DNA of 64,000 bases, from assembly GCA_043810925.1 (NCBI GenBank), contig JBDRNT010000151.1, positions 3,565 to 67,564 on the forward strand. Direction: 5' to 3'. The notes below the pieces were generated by a model. The model saw only the letters and a list, made by a program, of their open reading frames with translations. It was not told the DNA's origin and did not search any database. The DNA is from Candidatus Eiseniibacteriota bacterium. GTDB taxonomy: Bacteria; Arandabacterota; Arandabacteria; Arandabacterales; Arandabacteraceae. Shown in pieces: positions 1 through 7,692 of the stretch; the first letter of the stretch is position 1, and the number at the start of each line of letters is the position of its first letter. The position numbers were made by a program, and so were the translations under genes.

Positions 1-1230
1 TACCTGAACGCAAGCTCGAATGCATCCGCAACGCTCACCAAGACAGGTGAAGATCAGGAGACGCAGCAGCAGGCCAAGGTCAACGCCGGTATGAATACCG
101 ACCTCAGGTTCGGCGGGAAATCCCAGACCATAAGATCGACAATGGTCCTGACGGCCGTACGCAAGGACATAGGGAAGTGGTGGAGTGATGGTGTCGGTGG
201 CAAGGTCGTCAACTCAGCCTACAGCGACCAGACCGATTTCATCGCAAAGTTCAAACCGTTCGGCTGGATCGACTTCGATCCGTCACTGACGGCGTCCGCG
301 ACCATCTATGATGAGGACAAGGCCGGAAAGAGAGGCGCCGCCAGGCTCATGTACTGGGGTGGTGTCTCCACAACCACATCGATCTTCAAGACCTTCTTTC
401 CCAGGATCGGCCCCTTGCAGGCGTTGAGACATGTGATTTCACCACGGATCACCTACACCCACCGGCCGGACTTCTCCAAGTACAGGAACCGTTTCTACAG
501 CCTGCCCGGGATATCAGGAGAGATATCCAAGTCGAGGATGATGAACATAAGCGTGTCCAACAAGCTTCAGGCCAAGGTCGGGAGTGGGGCGGAGGTTAAG
601 AAGATGAACAACCTCCTGTCTTTTGATACGTCGACATCATACGACTTCCTCTACAAGGACAAGGGCAAGGAGACTCCCCTGTCGACCATAAACAACAAAC
701 TGCGGTTCTACCCGTCGGATGTTATTACGTTCGATCTCGACTTTACCAACAACCCGGAGGATCTGGCCTTCGAGTCTTTGAATCTCACAACGAGACTCTC
801 ATGCTCGGGCAAAGAGCCCCTTCCACCGGGTTTCACCAAACCCGAACTCAAGGAAGAGCCGCTTGTGCCGGAAGAGGGGGTGGGAGGTTCGGATGCAGCC
901 GCCCCGACCGGAAAGCCCTGGCATACGAGTGCTATTTTCAGGTATACCAAGGCCTACAACGGGGGCGATGACAACTACTGGCTTGATTTCCAGGCGGGAT
1001 TCAGCTTCACCACCAACTGGAGAGTCGAGTATAGCGGCAGGTTCGATCTCTCCGGAAAGGAGACCGTCCACCAGGAATACTCGATCTACCGGGATCTGCA
1101 CTGTTGGGAGGCCCGTTTCGTCCGCAGATACTCCGCCGGCGAATGGCAGTATTACTTCAGGATAAACATAAAGGCCCATCCCGAGATCTACACCGAGCGG
1201 GGCCTCCGCACCCTCTACCGCCAATACTAG
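1..1230 (+). CDS. LptD-like outer-membrane LPS assembly beta-barrel, 5'-truncated by the window edge
   Basis: Frame is open from base 1. Amphipathic beta-strand pattern; C-terminal 'IYRDLHCWEARF...YYFRINIKA' is typical of LptD-like proteins of FCB/delta-type bacteria. Confidence 0.75.
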   Translation, partial: YLNASSNASATLTKTGEDQETQQQAKVNAGMNTDLRFGGKSQTIRSTMVLTAVRKDIGKWWSDGVGGKVVNSAYSDQTDFIAKFKPFGWIDFDPSLTASATIYDEDKAGKRGAARLMYWGGVSTTTSIFKTFFPRIGPLQALRHVISPRITYTHRPDFSKYRNRFYSLPGISGEISKSRMMNISVSNKLQAKVGSGAEVKKMNNLLSFDTSTSYDFLYKDKGKETPLSTINNKLRFYPSDVITFDLDFTNNPEDLAFESLNLTTRLSCSGKEPLPPGFTKPELKEEPLVPEEGVGGSDAAAPTGKPWHTSAIFRYTKAYNGGDDNYWLDFQAGFSFTTNWRVEYSGRFDLSGKETVHQEYSIYRDLHCWEARFVRRYSAGEWQYYFRINIKAHPEIYTERGLRTLYRQY

Positions 1231-1301
1231 TGGGGTCAGAGCTCAAAAGTTGACTCCTTGGGGTCAGATCCCAGGTTTGCACCTTTTGAGCTCTGACCCC
1301 A
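1231..1301. repeat. REP-like inverted repeat element (GGGGTCAGAGCTCAAAAG family)
   Basis: TGGGGTCAGAGCTCAAAAG (1231-1249) is perfectly inverted as CTTTTGAGCTCTGACCCCA (1283-1301). Internal GGGGTCAGA at 1260-1268. Same unit recurs at 44375-44503. Confidence 0.85.
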
Positions 1302-1328
1302 GGGAAGTGGCGGGAAGCCACATATTTG

Positions 1329-1358
1329 TTGACAGATCGGGGGGCTTAGCCTTAGGTT
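1329..1358 (+). promoter_or_regulatory. putative sigma70 promoter for HU gene
   Basis: TTGACA(1329-34)-18 nt-TAGGTT. Confidence 0.45.
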
Positions 1359-1392
1359 TGCTTTAAAACTGTTATGGAAGGAGGTGCTTAGA

Positions 1393-1686
1393 ATGAACAA
1401 GCAGGAGCTAATTGATGCTGTTGCGGCCAAGACGGATCTTACGCCCGGCGAGGCCAAGAAGGCGGTTGACGCTATCTTCAGTCCCAAGTCTTCACAGGGC
1501 CTGATTGCTTCCGCGCTGAGTTCCGGTGACAAAGTGATCCTGGCCGGTTTCGGTACGTTTGAGACCAAGCAGAGGAAAGCAAGGACCGGAAGAAACCCGA
1601 AGACGGGTGAGGCCATTCAGATAGCGGCGCGCAAGCATCCGGGGTTCCATCCTGGGAAAACCCTCAAGGATGAAATCAACGCATAA
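1393..1686 (+). CDS. hup: HU family DNA-binding protein (copy 1)
   Basis: MNKQELIDAVA...GFGTFETKQRKARTGRNPKTGEAIQI; RBS AAGGAGG upstream of ATG 1393. Confidence 0.95.
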   Translation: MNKQELIDAVAAKTDLTPGEAKKAVDAIFSPKSSQGLIASALSSGDKVILAGFGTFETKQRKARTGRNPKTGEAIQIAARKHPGFHPGKTLKDEINA

Positions 1687-1726
1687 GCACAGCGCAACTA
1701 CGGGTTAGACCGGCCGGAAGGGCCTG

Positions 1727-1748
1727 GCGCAGGAACTAGTTCCTGCGC
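1727..1748. other. perfect 22-bp palindrome (terminator or operator candidate)
   Basis: GCGCAGGAACTAGTTCCTGCGC equals its own reverse complement; lies between HU and the DUF1573 gene. Confidence 0.55.
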
Positions 1749-1794
1749 GGGGTGTTGTACAGTCTGGAGACGTATGTCTTGTAGGAGATAGTAT

Positions 1795-2778
1795 ATGCTG
1801 AAATACCTGCTGATCGTTTCTGTACTGCAACTCAGCCTGCTGCCGGGTGTGTACGGAGCAACATCATTCGACCGGACAGATGCCGATATGGGGTTCATCT
1901 ACCGCGATGAGCCTCAGAGGTTGGTATTTGAGTTTGACAATGTTTCGGATAATTCGCTCCGTATACTCGGAATCGAGCCTTCCTGTGACTGCACATCGGC
2001 CCAGGTAGTACCGGAGACACTGGGTCCGCGTGGCCACGGCAAGGTTCTCGTCTTCTTCGATCCCATGGGTTACGAGGGAAAAGGCCGGTTCAAGGAATTC
2101 GTGCGGATCGTAACGGACGACCCCTCAGAGCCCGAAGTACTGCTCACCTTCTCCGCCGAAGTGGGTATCGGCCCGGAACCCGATCCCCGTGCGCTCACCT
2201 TCGGCAAGATATGCAGGGGTGGCAGTGATACGCTTGACCTCTCTCTGCGCGCTGCGCCCGGTGAATTGCTCAAAGTGCTCGATGCATACAGCGACACGGG
2301 CTGCGTCATAGTCGAAGCGGTGGAGACCGGGGTCAGGGGCGAACATGAATTCAGAGTCATCGCTACCAACAGGGAAGGCTGCGGGCGCGTGGCAGGCCTT
2401 GTCACGATTCTGACGACCGACAGCCTGAGAAGTGAGGTCCGTGTCCCGATTACCCTGAGCCTGGTCGGGAGGATCATTGTCGAGCCGGACATAATCGCTT
2501 TCGGCCCGACGCTCCCCGGCACCTTTGTTGCGCAGACGGTTCGGATCTACTCCAAGGACGGCTTCAAGTTCAGTATCCCGAATGTCTCCTGCTCGGTGGA
2601 AAACCTTGAACCTGTCATCACGCCGGTTAGCGACAGCTCATGTGAGCTCAGGCTGATGGTCAAGGAGGGCTCTCCTCCAGGCAGGGTGGCCGGCGAGATC
2701 ACGCTGGAGACAGACTGCCCGGATGAATCGCCTCTGGATATCAGAGTTACCGGCTATATAAGGAAGGGCGGGAAGTGA
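1795..2778 (+). CDS. secreted DUF1573-domain protein with further Ig-like domains
   Basis: Signal peptide; 'FEFDNVSDNSLRILGIEPSCDCTSA...LGPRGHGKVLVFFDP' matches the DUF1573 CxC pattern. Confidence 0.75.
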   Translation: MLKYLLIVSVLQLSLLPGVYGATSFDRTDADMGFIYRDEPQRLVFEFDNVSDNSLRILGIEPSCDCTSAQVVPETLGPRGHGKVLVFFDPMGYEGKGRFKEFVRIVTDDPSEPEVLLTFSAEVGIGPEPDPRALTFGKICRGGSDTLDLSLRAAPGELLKVLDAYSDTGCVIVEAVETGVRGEHEFRVIATNREGCGRVAGLVTILTTDSLRSEVRVPITLSLVGRIIVEPDIIAFGPTLPGTFVAQTVRIYSKDGFKFSIPNVSCSVENLEPVITPVSDSSCELRLMVKEGSPPGRVAGEITLETDCPDESPLDIRVTGYIRKGGK

Positions 2779-3245
2779 AGCCGATCCTCAGACGTGCCGT
2801 CATAGAAGGTGGAATCATACTGGTGGTTGCCGCTGCGGCCGGGCTGGCGGTCAACCATGCCAGAACGGAGGGCATTCCGCTTATTGCTGATGCCGAGGCT
2901 TTCCGGGTCCGCACAAACGCCGAGTTCATGACGGCCAAGGATGCATTCCGGTTCTTTGAAGAGGGATCTGCCTTGTTTCTTGATGCCCGGGGTCCTGATC
3001 TGTTTGACGTGAAGCGCATTGAAGGGGCGATGAACATCTCCCCATCAGCAGAAGGTATCGAGAGCGTGGCTTGGCTTGCCGGAGCGGATATCCGCATCAT
3101 CTGCTATGCATGTGAGGAGAACCAGCGCGAGGCGGGAGTGCTGGCCGACATGCTGCTTGAGATCGGATGTAAGCAGGTATACGTCCTCCATGGCGGTATC
3201 GAGGGCTGGATAGACTCCGGTTTTCCTATGGAGGTAACAGGCTGA
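2775..3245 (+). CDS. membrane-anchored rhodanese-like domain protein
   Basis: N-terminal TM helix; 'LFLDARG...RIEGAMNI' and 'VYVLHGGIEGWIDSGFP' rhodanese signatures. Confidence 0.85.
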   Translation: MKPILRRAVIEGGIILVVAAAAGLAVNHARTEGIPLIADAEAFRVRTNAEFMTAKDAFRFFEEGSALFLDARGPDLFDVKRIEGAMNISPSAEGIESVAWLAGADIRIICYACEENQREAGVLADMLLEIGCKQVYVLHGGIEGWIDSGFPMEVTG

Positions 3246-3704
3246 GTGCGGTTTCTCAAACACATGGTCTCGAACAAGTACGTGATCTTTGCGATAAGGC
3301 TCATCCTTGGTTTTGTCTTCATCTATGCTTCCATAGACAAAATCGCACAGCCCGGTGCGTTTGCCGAGAACATTTACAATTACAGAATGCTACCCCACTG
3401 GGCCATCAATCTGATGGCGCTTGTGATGCCATGGCTTGAACTGATCTGCGGAGTTCTGATTATCACCGGTGTGTTCCTGAGGGGAAGCGCATTCATGATC
3501 GGTTTGATGCTGGGAGTGTTTATAATCGCGATCTCCGCCGCCCTCGTGAGGGGGCTTGACATAAGCTGCGGCTGCTTCAGCATGGAAGGGGGCCACGGCG
3601 TGGCTGTGGATCTGCTCATACGGGATGTGTTGATGTTCGCCGGGGCAGCGATCGTATTGTTTTTGGGAACCTCGGCGCTCTCGCTCAGACGAGGCGCGGA
3701 TTGA
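3246..3704 (+). CDS. MauE/DoxX family redox-associated membrane protein
   Basis: 'RLILGFVFIYASIDKI', 'PWLELICG', 'GLDISCGCFS' (CGC motif); four hydrophobic segments. Confidence 0.9.
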   Translation: MRFLKHMVSNKYVIFAIRLILGFVFIYASIDKIAQPGAFAENIYNYRMLPHWAINLMALVMPWLELICGVLIITGVFLRGSAFMIGLMLGVFIIAISAALVRGLDISCGCFSMEGGHGVAVDLLIRDVLMFAGAAIVLFLGTSALSLRRGAD

Positions 3705-3729
3705 CATAGGGTAGTGGTTCTGTTAGAAT
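3701..3729 (+). promoter_or_regulatory. near-consensus sigma70 promoter for the selenoprotein genes
   Basis: TTGACA(3701-06)-17 nt-TAGAAT(3724-29) with extended -10 TG; overlaps the MauE stop codon. Confidence 0.7.
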
Positions 3730-3764
3730 CTTGAAGGTCATTGAAACATCATGGAGGTAGGAAT

Positions 3765-5141
3765 ATGAGGTGGCATAGGGTCGGCATAAGCACTCTTGTC
3801 TTCCTGGGTCTTGTTCTCGTCGGGTTTTCGGGTGTGCTTCGTAGCCAGGGTGATGAAAGGCTGATGCTGGTATTCACTACCGGGACTGAAGGCGAGCTCA
3901 ATGCCTGCGGCTGACACGCCGGGGACAAGGGTGGCCTGGCCCGGAGGGCCGGCTTCATTGATTCACTGAGAGAAGTACACGACAATGTCCTCGTCGTAGA
4001 TGTGGGTGATTTCTTCGGCAATCGCTCTCCCAGACAGGAAAAGACAAAGACCACGGTCGTTGTAGACTACATGAGGATGGCCGGATATGACGTAGTCACG
4101 CCCGGTGAGCGCGAGATGAACTATGGCCTGGACTTCCTGATTGAAGAGACCAAGCAGGGCAAGTTTGAGACCGTGAGTGCCAACCTTCACAATAAGCAGG
4201 ACAGTACCCTGATATTCAAACCCTACGCGATCCGGAAGATAGCAGGCGTCAGTATCGGTTTCCTGGGATTCATGGATGATGATCCGCGTCGGGTGGGTGT
4301 TTTCGAGCAGCTCGAGAATGCCTACGTCTCAAGCTATATCCAGGCTGCAGAGGACTATCTGCCCGAGGTTCGTGAAAAGGCGGATCTGGTAGTCGGGCTT
4401 GCTCACGTCGGGCTTGGAAACGCACGGAAGCTGGCTGAAAGGCTTCCGGACTTCGATGTCATACTCGTCGGGCACGGCAGCGACAGAACGGCGATGGCCG
4501 AGAAGATCGGAGAGACCATCCTCGTCAAGGCCGGAAGTAAGAGCAGCTCGATAGGAATGCTCTTGCTCGCCCTCGACAGCGACAAACGGATTGTGGGTTT
4601 TGACGGCGGTTCCGAAGGGCTCACGAAGTATGGTAGAAAGCATCTGGATGTACAGCGGATTGTCAAGTCCTGTGAGGACCGTGAGAAGGCTCGTGACAGG
4701 CTGATCTCGGCACGGAAGTACAAGCTGCCCATCATCCCCCGGCGCCCCGAGGTACTGGCCGCCGAGGGCTATCTGGGGTGGGAAACGTGCAAAGCTTGCC
4801 ACAGCAAGATCCACGATCGATGGTCGCAGGATCCTCATTCCCAGGCTTTCGCGACGCTTGCGAAGGATGACAAGTGGAACGATGCGAGCTGCCTGCCCTG
4901 CCATACAACGGGTTATGAGATTGCGGCGCTCAAGGATTCGAGCGACGTAAAACCTGAAATGTGGAATGTCCAGTGTGAGGCCTGTCACGGGATGGGGACG
5001 CATCACAAGCGAGACGGTTCCATGAGGCCGGTTGCCGAGAGTGTGTGCCTGAGATGCCACACTCCCGAGTGGACCCCCGAGTGGAACTACGCGGAGATGC
5101 TGGAGAAGATCAACCACGGCAGGGACGAGGCTTCAGATTGA
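3765..5141 (+). CDS. probable selenoprotein: secreted UshA/5'-nucleotidase-like metallophosphoesterase (CxU motif) fused to a tetraheme cytochrome c (c554-like); 458 aa with Sec at codon 50
   Basis: ATG 3765 with GGAGG RBS and signal peptide. Reads GELNACG-[TGA 3912-14]-HAGDKGGLARRAGF in frame with ORF 4002..5141 (VDVGDFF, PGEREM, GLAHVG, VGHG). C-terminus has CKACH, CLPCH, CEACH, CLRCH. Confidence 0.85.
3934..3953 (+). promoter_or_regulatory. candidate bacterial SECIS hairpin for UGA 3912
   Basis: CTGGCCC-GGA-GGGCCGG stem-loop with a G-led apical loop ~28 nt after the UGA. Confidence 0.5.
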
Positions 5142-5275
5142 AAGCCCGGGCTGTCGTTTTCGTGTTACTTGCAGCATTTACGGTGCTGCTCCTGGTTGGG
5201 TTGCGGTTCGCTGAGACCGGGGACATCTACTCCACCGGCCGCTACCTCTGACTGAGCTGCATAGGGATCGGGTGA
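5138..5275 (+). CDS. probable 45-aa membrane selenopeptide with UxxC motif (CxxC-IGIG small-protein family, CD1871A-like)
   Basis: TTG start overlaps the upstream stop; one TM helix, then GRYL-[TGA 5249-51]-LSCIGIG-TGA(5273-75). The final stop overlaps the GTG of the 4Fe-4S gene. Confidence 0.8.
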
Positions 5276-5287
5276 TCCCCTCCGTGC
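5258..5287 (+). promoter_or_regulatory. candidate bacterial SECIS hairpin for UGA 5249
   Basis: GGGATC(5264-69)-GGGT-GATCCC(5274-79) perfect stem, with a lower GCAT/GTGC pairing; apical loop begins 18 nt after the UGA. Confidence 0.65.
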
Positions 5288-6207
5288 TTGCGATCTTACG
5301 CATCCTGCGTTCGGCGCTCAGCCGTGTGGGTTCTGCTTACCGGAAGCGTCGTCCGTGGCAGATCACTTCGACTATTCTCCACAATGCTTATCTGCCGGCT
5401 TCAATAGGTTTTACCGTTTACCGGGGTTTTCTTTATCTTCCCAATCTGGCGAAGATCACGCTCTACCAGGGGTTCTTAAAAGGCTTCTGCACGCCGACGC
5501 TTAACTGCTACGCGTGCCCGGGAGCGCTTATGTCCTGCCCTATCGGGAGCCTCCAGCATTTTGCAATCAGGCAACAGTTCCCGTTCTTCCTCGTGGGATT
5601 CTTTGGTCTCGTGGGTGTAGGTGTGGGAAGGATGACCTGTGGGTGGCTCTGTCCTTTCGGATTCTTTCAGGATCTGCTTAAGAAGATCTCAAGGAGAGTC
5701 GTACGACTTCCCCGGTGGATGGGTAACTTCAAGTATGTCTCGCTGGTTGGCATCGCCATATTGCTGCCGTTTTTCCTGGGGGAACTGTGGTTCTCCAAAC
5801 TCTGCCCGGCAGGGGGCCTGGAAGGTGCGATTCCCTGGGTGGCCGCGGGAGCCTCGGAGTCACCTGAGCTGGCGGGACTGGACGTGAGATCGATGATAGG
5901 CACCTTCTTCTGGATCAAGATGGCGATCCTCGGGGTTTTTCTGCTGGCCATGGTTTTCATCAAGCGGCCGTTCTGCCGGACGGCATGCCCGTTAGGGGCG
6001 ATCTTCTCACTCTTCAACAGGATCAGCCTGGTGAAGCTCAGTATCAACGAGGAGAAGTGCACCGAATGCGGCATTTGCGAGCAGATCTGCCCTGTCGATC
6101 TTAAAGCTTACAAAGAGCTGGATTCGACGGAATGTATCAAGTGCTTTGAGTGCACCAAGTGCCCGACGGGCGCGATCAAGGCGACTTTCGGCTTCGGCGG
6201 AAGCTGA
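5272..6207 (+). CDS. membrane 4Fe-4S polyferredoxin (NapH/MauN/YccM-like)
   Basis: LNCYACP, CGWLCPFG, FCRTACPLG, CTECGICEQICP, CIKCFECTKCP plus several TM helices. Confidence 0.9.
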   Translation: MIPSVLAILRILRSALSRVGSAYRKRRPWQITSTILHNAYLPASIGFTVYRGFLYLPNLAKITLYQGFLKGFCTPTLNCYACPGALMSCPIGSLQHFAIRQQFPFFLVGFFGLVGVGVGRMTCGWLCPFGFFQDLLKKISRRVVRLPRWMGNFKYVSLVGIAILLPFFLGELWFSKLCPAGGLEGAIPWVAAGASESPELAGLDVRSMIGTFFWIKMAILGVFLLAMVFIKRPFCRTACPLGAIFSLFNRISLVKLSINEEKCTECGICEQICPVDLKAYKELDSTECIKCFECTKCPTGAIKATFGFGGS

Positions 6208-6956
6208 TGGAATCCCTGACCGATCTGCTTTCGGAGACCGGGCTTAAGCGCCGGTCACCGGTGAGTGTACTTACCGGCGCCGGTGTCTCCGCCGAGAGCG
6301 GGGTCCCCACCTTCAGAGGCGAAGAAGGGCTCTGGAAAAACTTCAGAGCCGAAGAGCTGGCAACACCCGAGGCCTTCGACCGGGATCCGGCCACAGTCTG
6401 GGAATGGTACGATTACAGACGCCGGATAATTGCCGCCAAGGAGCCCAATCCCGCACACCGCGCGATCACGCGTCTTGATGAAGCCTTTCCTGACTTCCTG
6501 CTTATCACCCAGAACGTGGATGGGCTTCATGCCCGTGCGGGGACCAGACGAATCGCCGAGTTGCATGGGAACCTCTTCAGGGTACGGTGCACGCGGGACG
6601 GCGAGGTTTCCGATAACCTGGGAGTACCGCTTACCGAGATACCTCCGCGGTGCAAGTGCGGCTCGCTCCTGAGGCCGGATGTCGTCTGGTTCGGCGAGGG
6701 GCTCCCCAGGGAGGAGTTCGACAGGGCGTTCAATGCCGCCGAAGCCTGCAAGTTGATGCTCGTGGTCGGCACCTCGGCCGTTGTTCAGCCGGCGGCATCA
6801 ATACCGCTTGTGGCCAAGCAGGCTGGAGCCCTGGTAGTGGAAGTCAACCCCGATCCCACACCGCTTACCGATCTCGTCGATCTCCATCTGCGGGGCAACG
6901 CCGGCGAGGTCCTGCCGAGGGTCGTAGATATCCTGCTCGATTTTACAGATACGTAA
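6207..6956 (+). CDS. cobB: NAD-dependent protein deacylase (sirtuin, CobB)
   Basis: GAGVSAESGVPTFRG, TQNVDGLH, HGNL, RPDVVWFGE, GTSAVVQPA; ATG overlaps the upstream TGA. Confidence 0.92.
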   Translation: MESLTDLLSETGLKRRSPVSVLTGAGVSAESGVPTFRGEEGLWKNFRAEELATPEAFDRDPATVWEWYDYRRRIIAAKEPNPAHRAITRLDEAFPDFLLITQNVDGLHARAGTRRIAELHGNLFRVRCTRDGEVSDNLGVPLTEIPPRCKCGSLLRPDVVWFGEGLPREEFDRAFNAAEACKLMLVVGTSAVVQPAASIPLVAKQAGALVVEVNPDPTPLTDLVDLHLRGNAGEVLPRVVDILLDFTDT

Positions 6957-7104
6957 CGTCGGGCCTCCGAGCCCTACGGCATCTCCCCGCTACCGCTTCA
7001 GGCGCTACTTCCGGCGCCACTTCCGGTGCCGGAGCCGGAGAGTTGCAGGGTCTGGGCCGTCACAGAAGTTACCACCTCTCAGTACGCCGGAGCACTGTAG
7101 TGAC

Positions 7105-7133
7105 TTGATCCAGGCTCGTCGGGATGCTATACT
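7105..7133 (+). promoter_or_regulatory. putative sigma70 promoter
   Basis: TTGATC-17 nt-TATACT with extended TG. Confidence 0.55.
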
Positions 7134-7157
7134 CGCAAGCGAAAGGGGGTGCGAGGC

Positions 7158-7553
7158 ATGGCAAGACGGTTCATGTGTGTGTGTTTCGGAATTCTTGCAT
7201 TGGTCCTGGCATTTCATGTGGGCGCAAGGTTCGGGAGTGCAAGTATTGTGGATCACACGATGAGTGGCATCATCGCCATGAGTGAGAACGACAATTTCCG
7301 GGTACTGCTCGAGAATGGCGAGGCCTGGCGCTTCAGGCAGGATCTCGGGGTCTGGGAACCAATCTCGACCTGGGATCTTCCGGTTGCTGCATCGGAGATC
7401 AAGTTCTGGGACTGCAAGGCTTTTGTGACCTTTGCGAACGAGGTCTGGTACAAGCCTGTGGACGGTACGTGGCAGAACTACGGGGCACCGCCGCCTGTTG
7501 TTTCACTCAGCCCGACCACCTGGGGTGAGATCAAGGCCGAGTTTAGCGACTAA
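7158..7553 (+). CDS. small secreted hypothetical protein with C-terminal TTWGEIKAEF motif
   Basis: N-terminal hydrophobic signal; Trp-rich body; ends PPPVVSLSPTTWGEIKAEFSD. Confidence 0.7.
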   Translation: MARRFMCVCFGILALVLAFHVGARFGSASIVDHTMSGIIAMSENDNFRVLLENGEAWRFRQDLGVWEPISTWDLPVAASEIKFWDCKAFVTFANEVWYKPVDGTWQNYGAPPPVVSLSPTTWGEIKAEFSD

Positions 7554-7588
7554 CGGGATTTCACGACAGGGAGTCAAAACGCTTAATC

Positions 7589-7614
7589 TCAAGACCTGAC
7601 CCCGAAATGACCCC
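7589..7614. repeat. degenerate GGGGTCAG-family repeat copies (minus orientation)
   Basis: TCAAGACCTGACCCC (reverse complement GGGGTCAGGTCTTGA) followed by a second TGACCCC. Confidence 0.45.
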
Positions 7615-7638
7615 GAAAGGGGGGGGCAGACATTGGGG

Positions 7639-7667
7639 TTGACTACATCCTCAGGGTCTGGTACCTT
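7639..7667 (+). promoter_or_regulatory. putative sigma70 promoter of the glucan locus
   Basis: TTGACT-17 nt-TACCTT with extended TG, 25 nt before ATG 7693. Confidence 0.5.
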
Positions 7668-7692
7668 GGTTCGAAACCCTGGGGGATAGTGT

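Noticed and set aside
3243-3248. Rhodanese TGA followed directly in frame by the MauE GTG (possible read-through fusion or third Sec)
   Set aside because: The TGA is not in a Cys-type motif, no convincing hairpin follows, and a GGAGG RBS lies ~10 nt before the GTG, so independent initiation is simpler.
3912-5251. Genome-wide UGA reassignment (Trp/Gly) as the explanation for the in-frame TGAs
   Set aside because: Many conserved genes here end at TGA exactly where expected (lon, tig, clpP, clpX), often overlapping the next start, so TGA is a normal stop.
6988-7040. 12-nt quasi-repeats (GCTACTTCCGGC/GCCACTTCCGGT) after cobB
   Set aside because: Only 2-3 degenerate units with no spacers (not CRISPR) and no convincing ORF in any frame.
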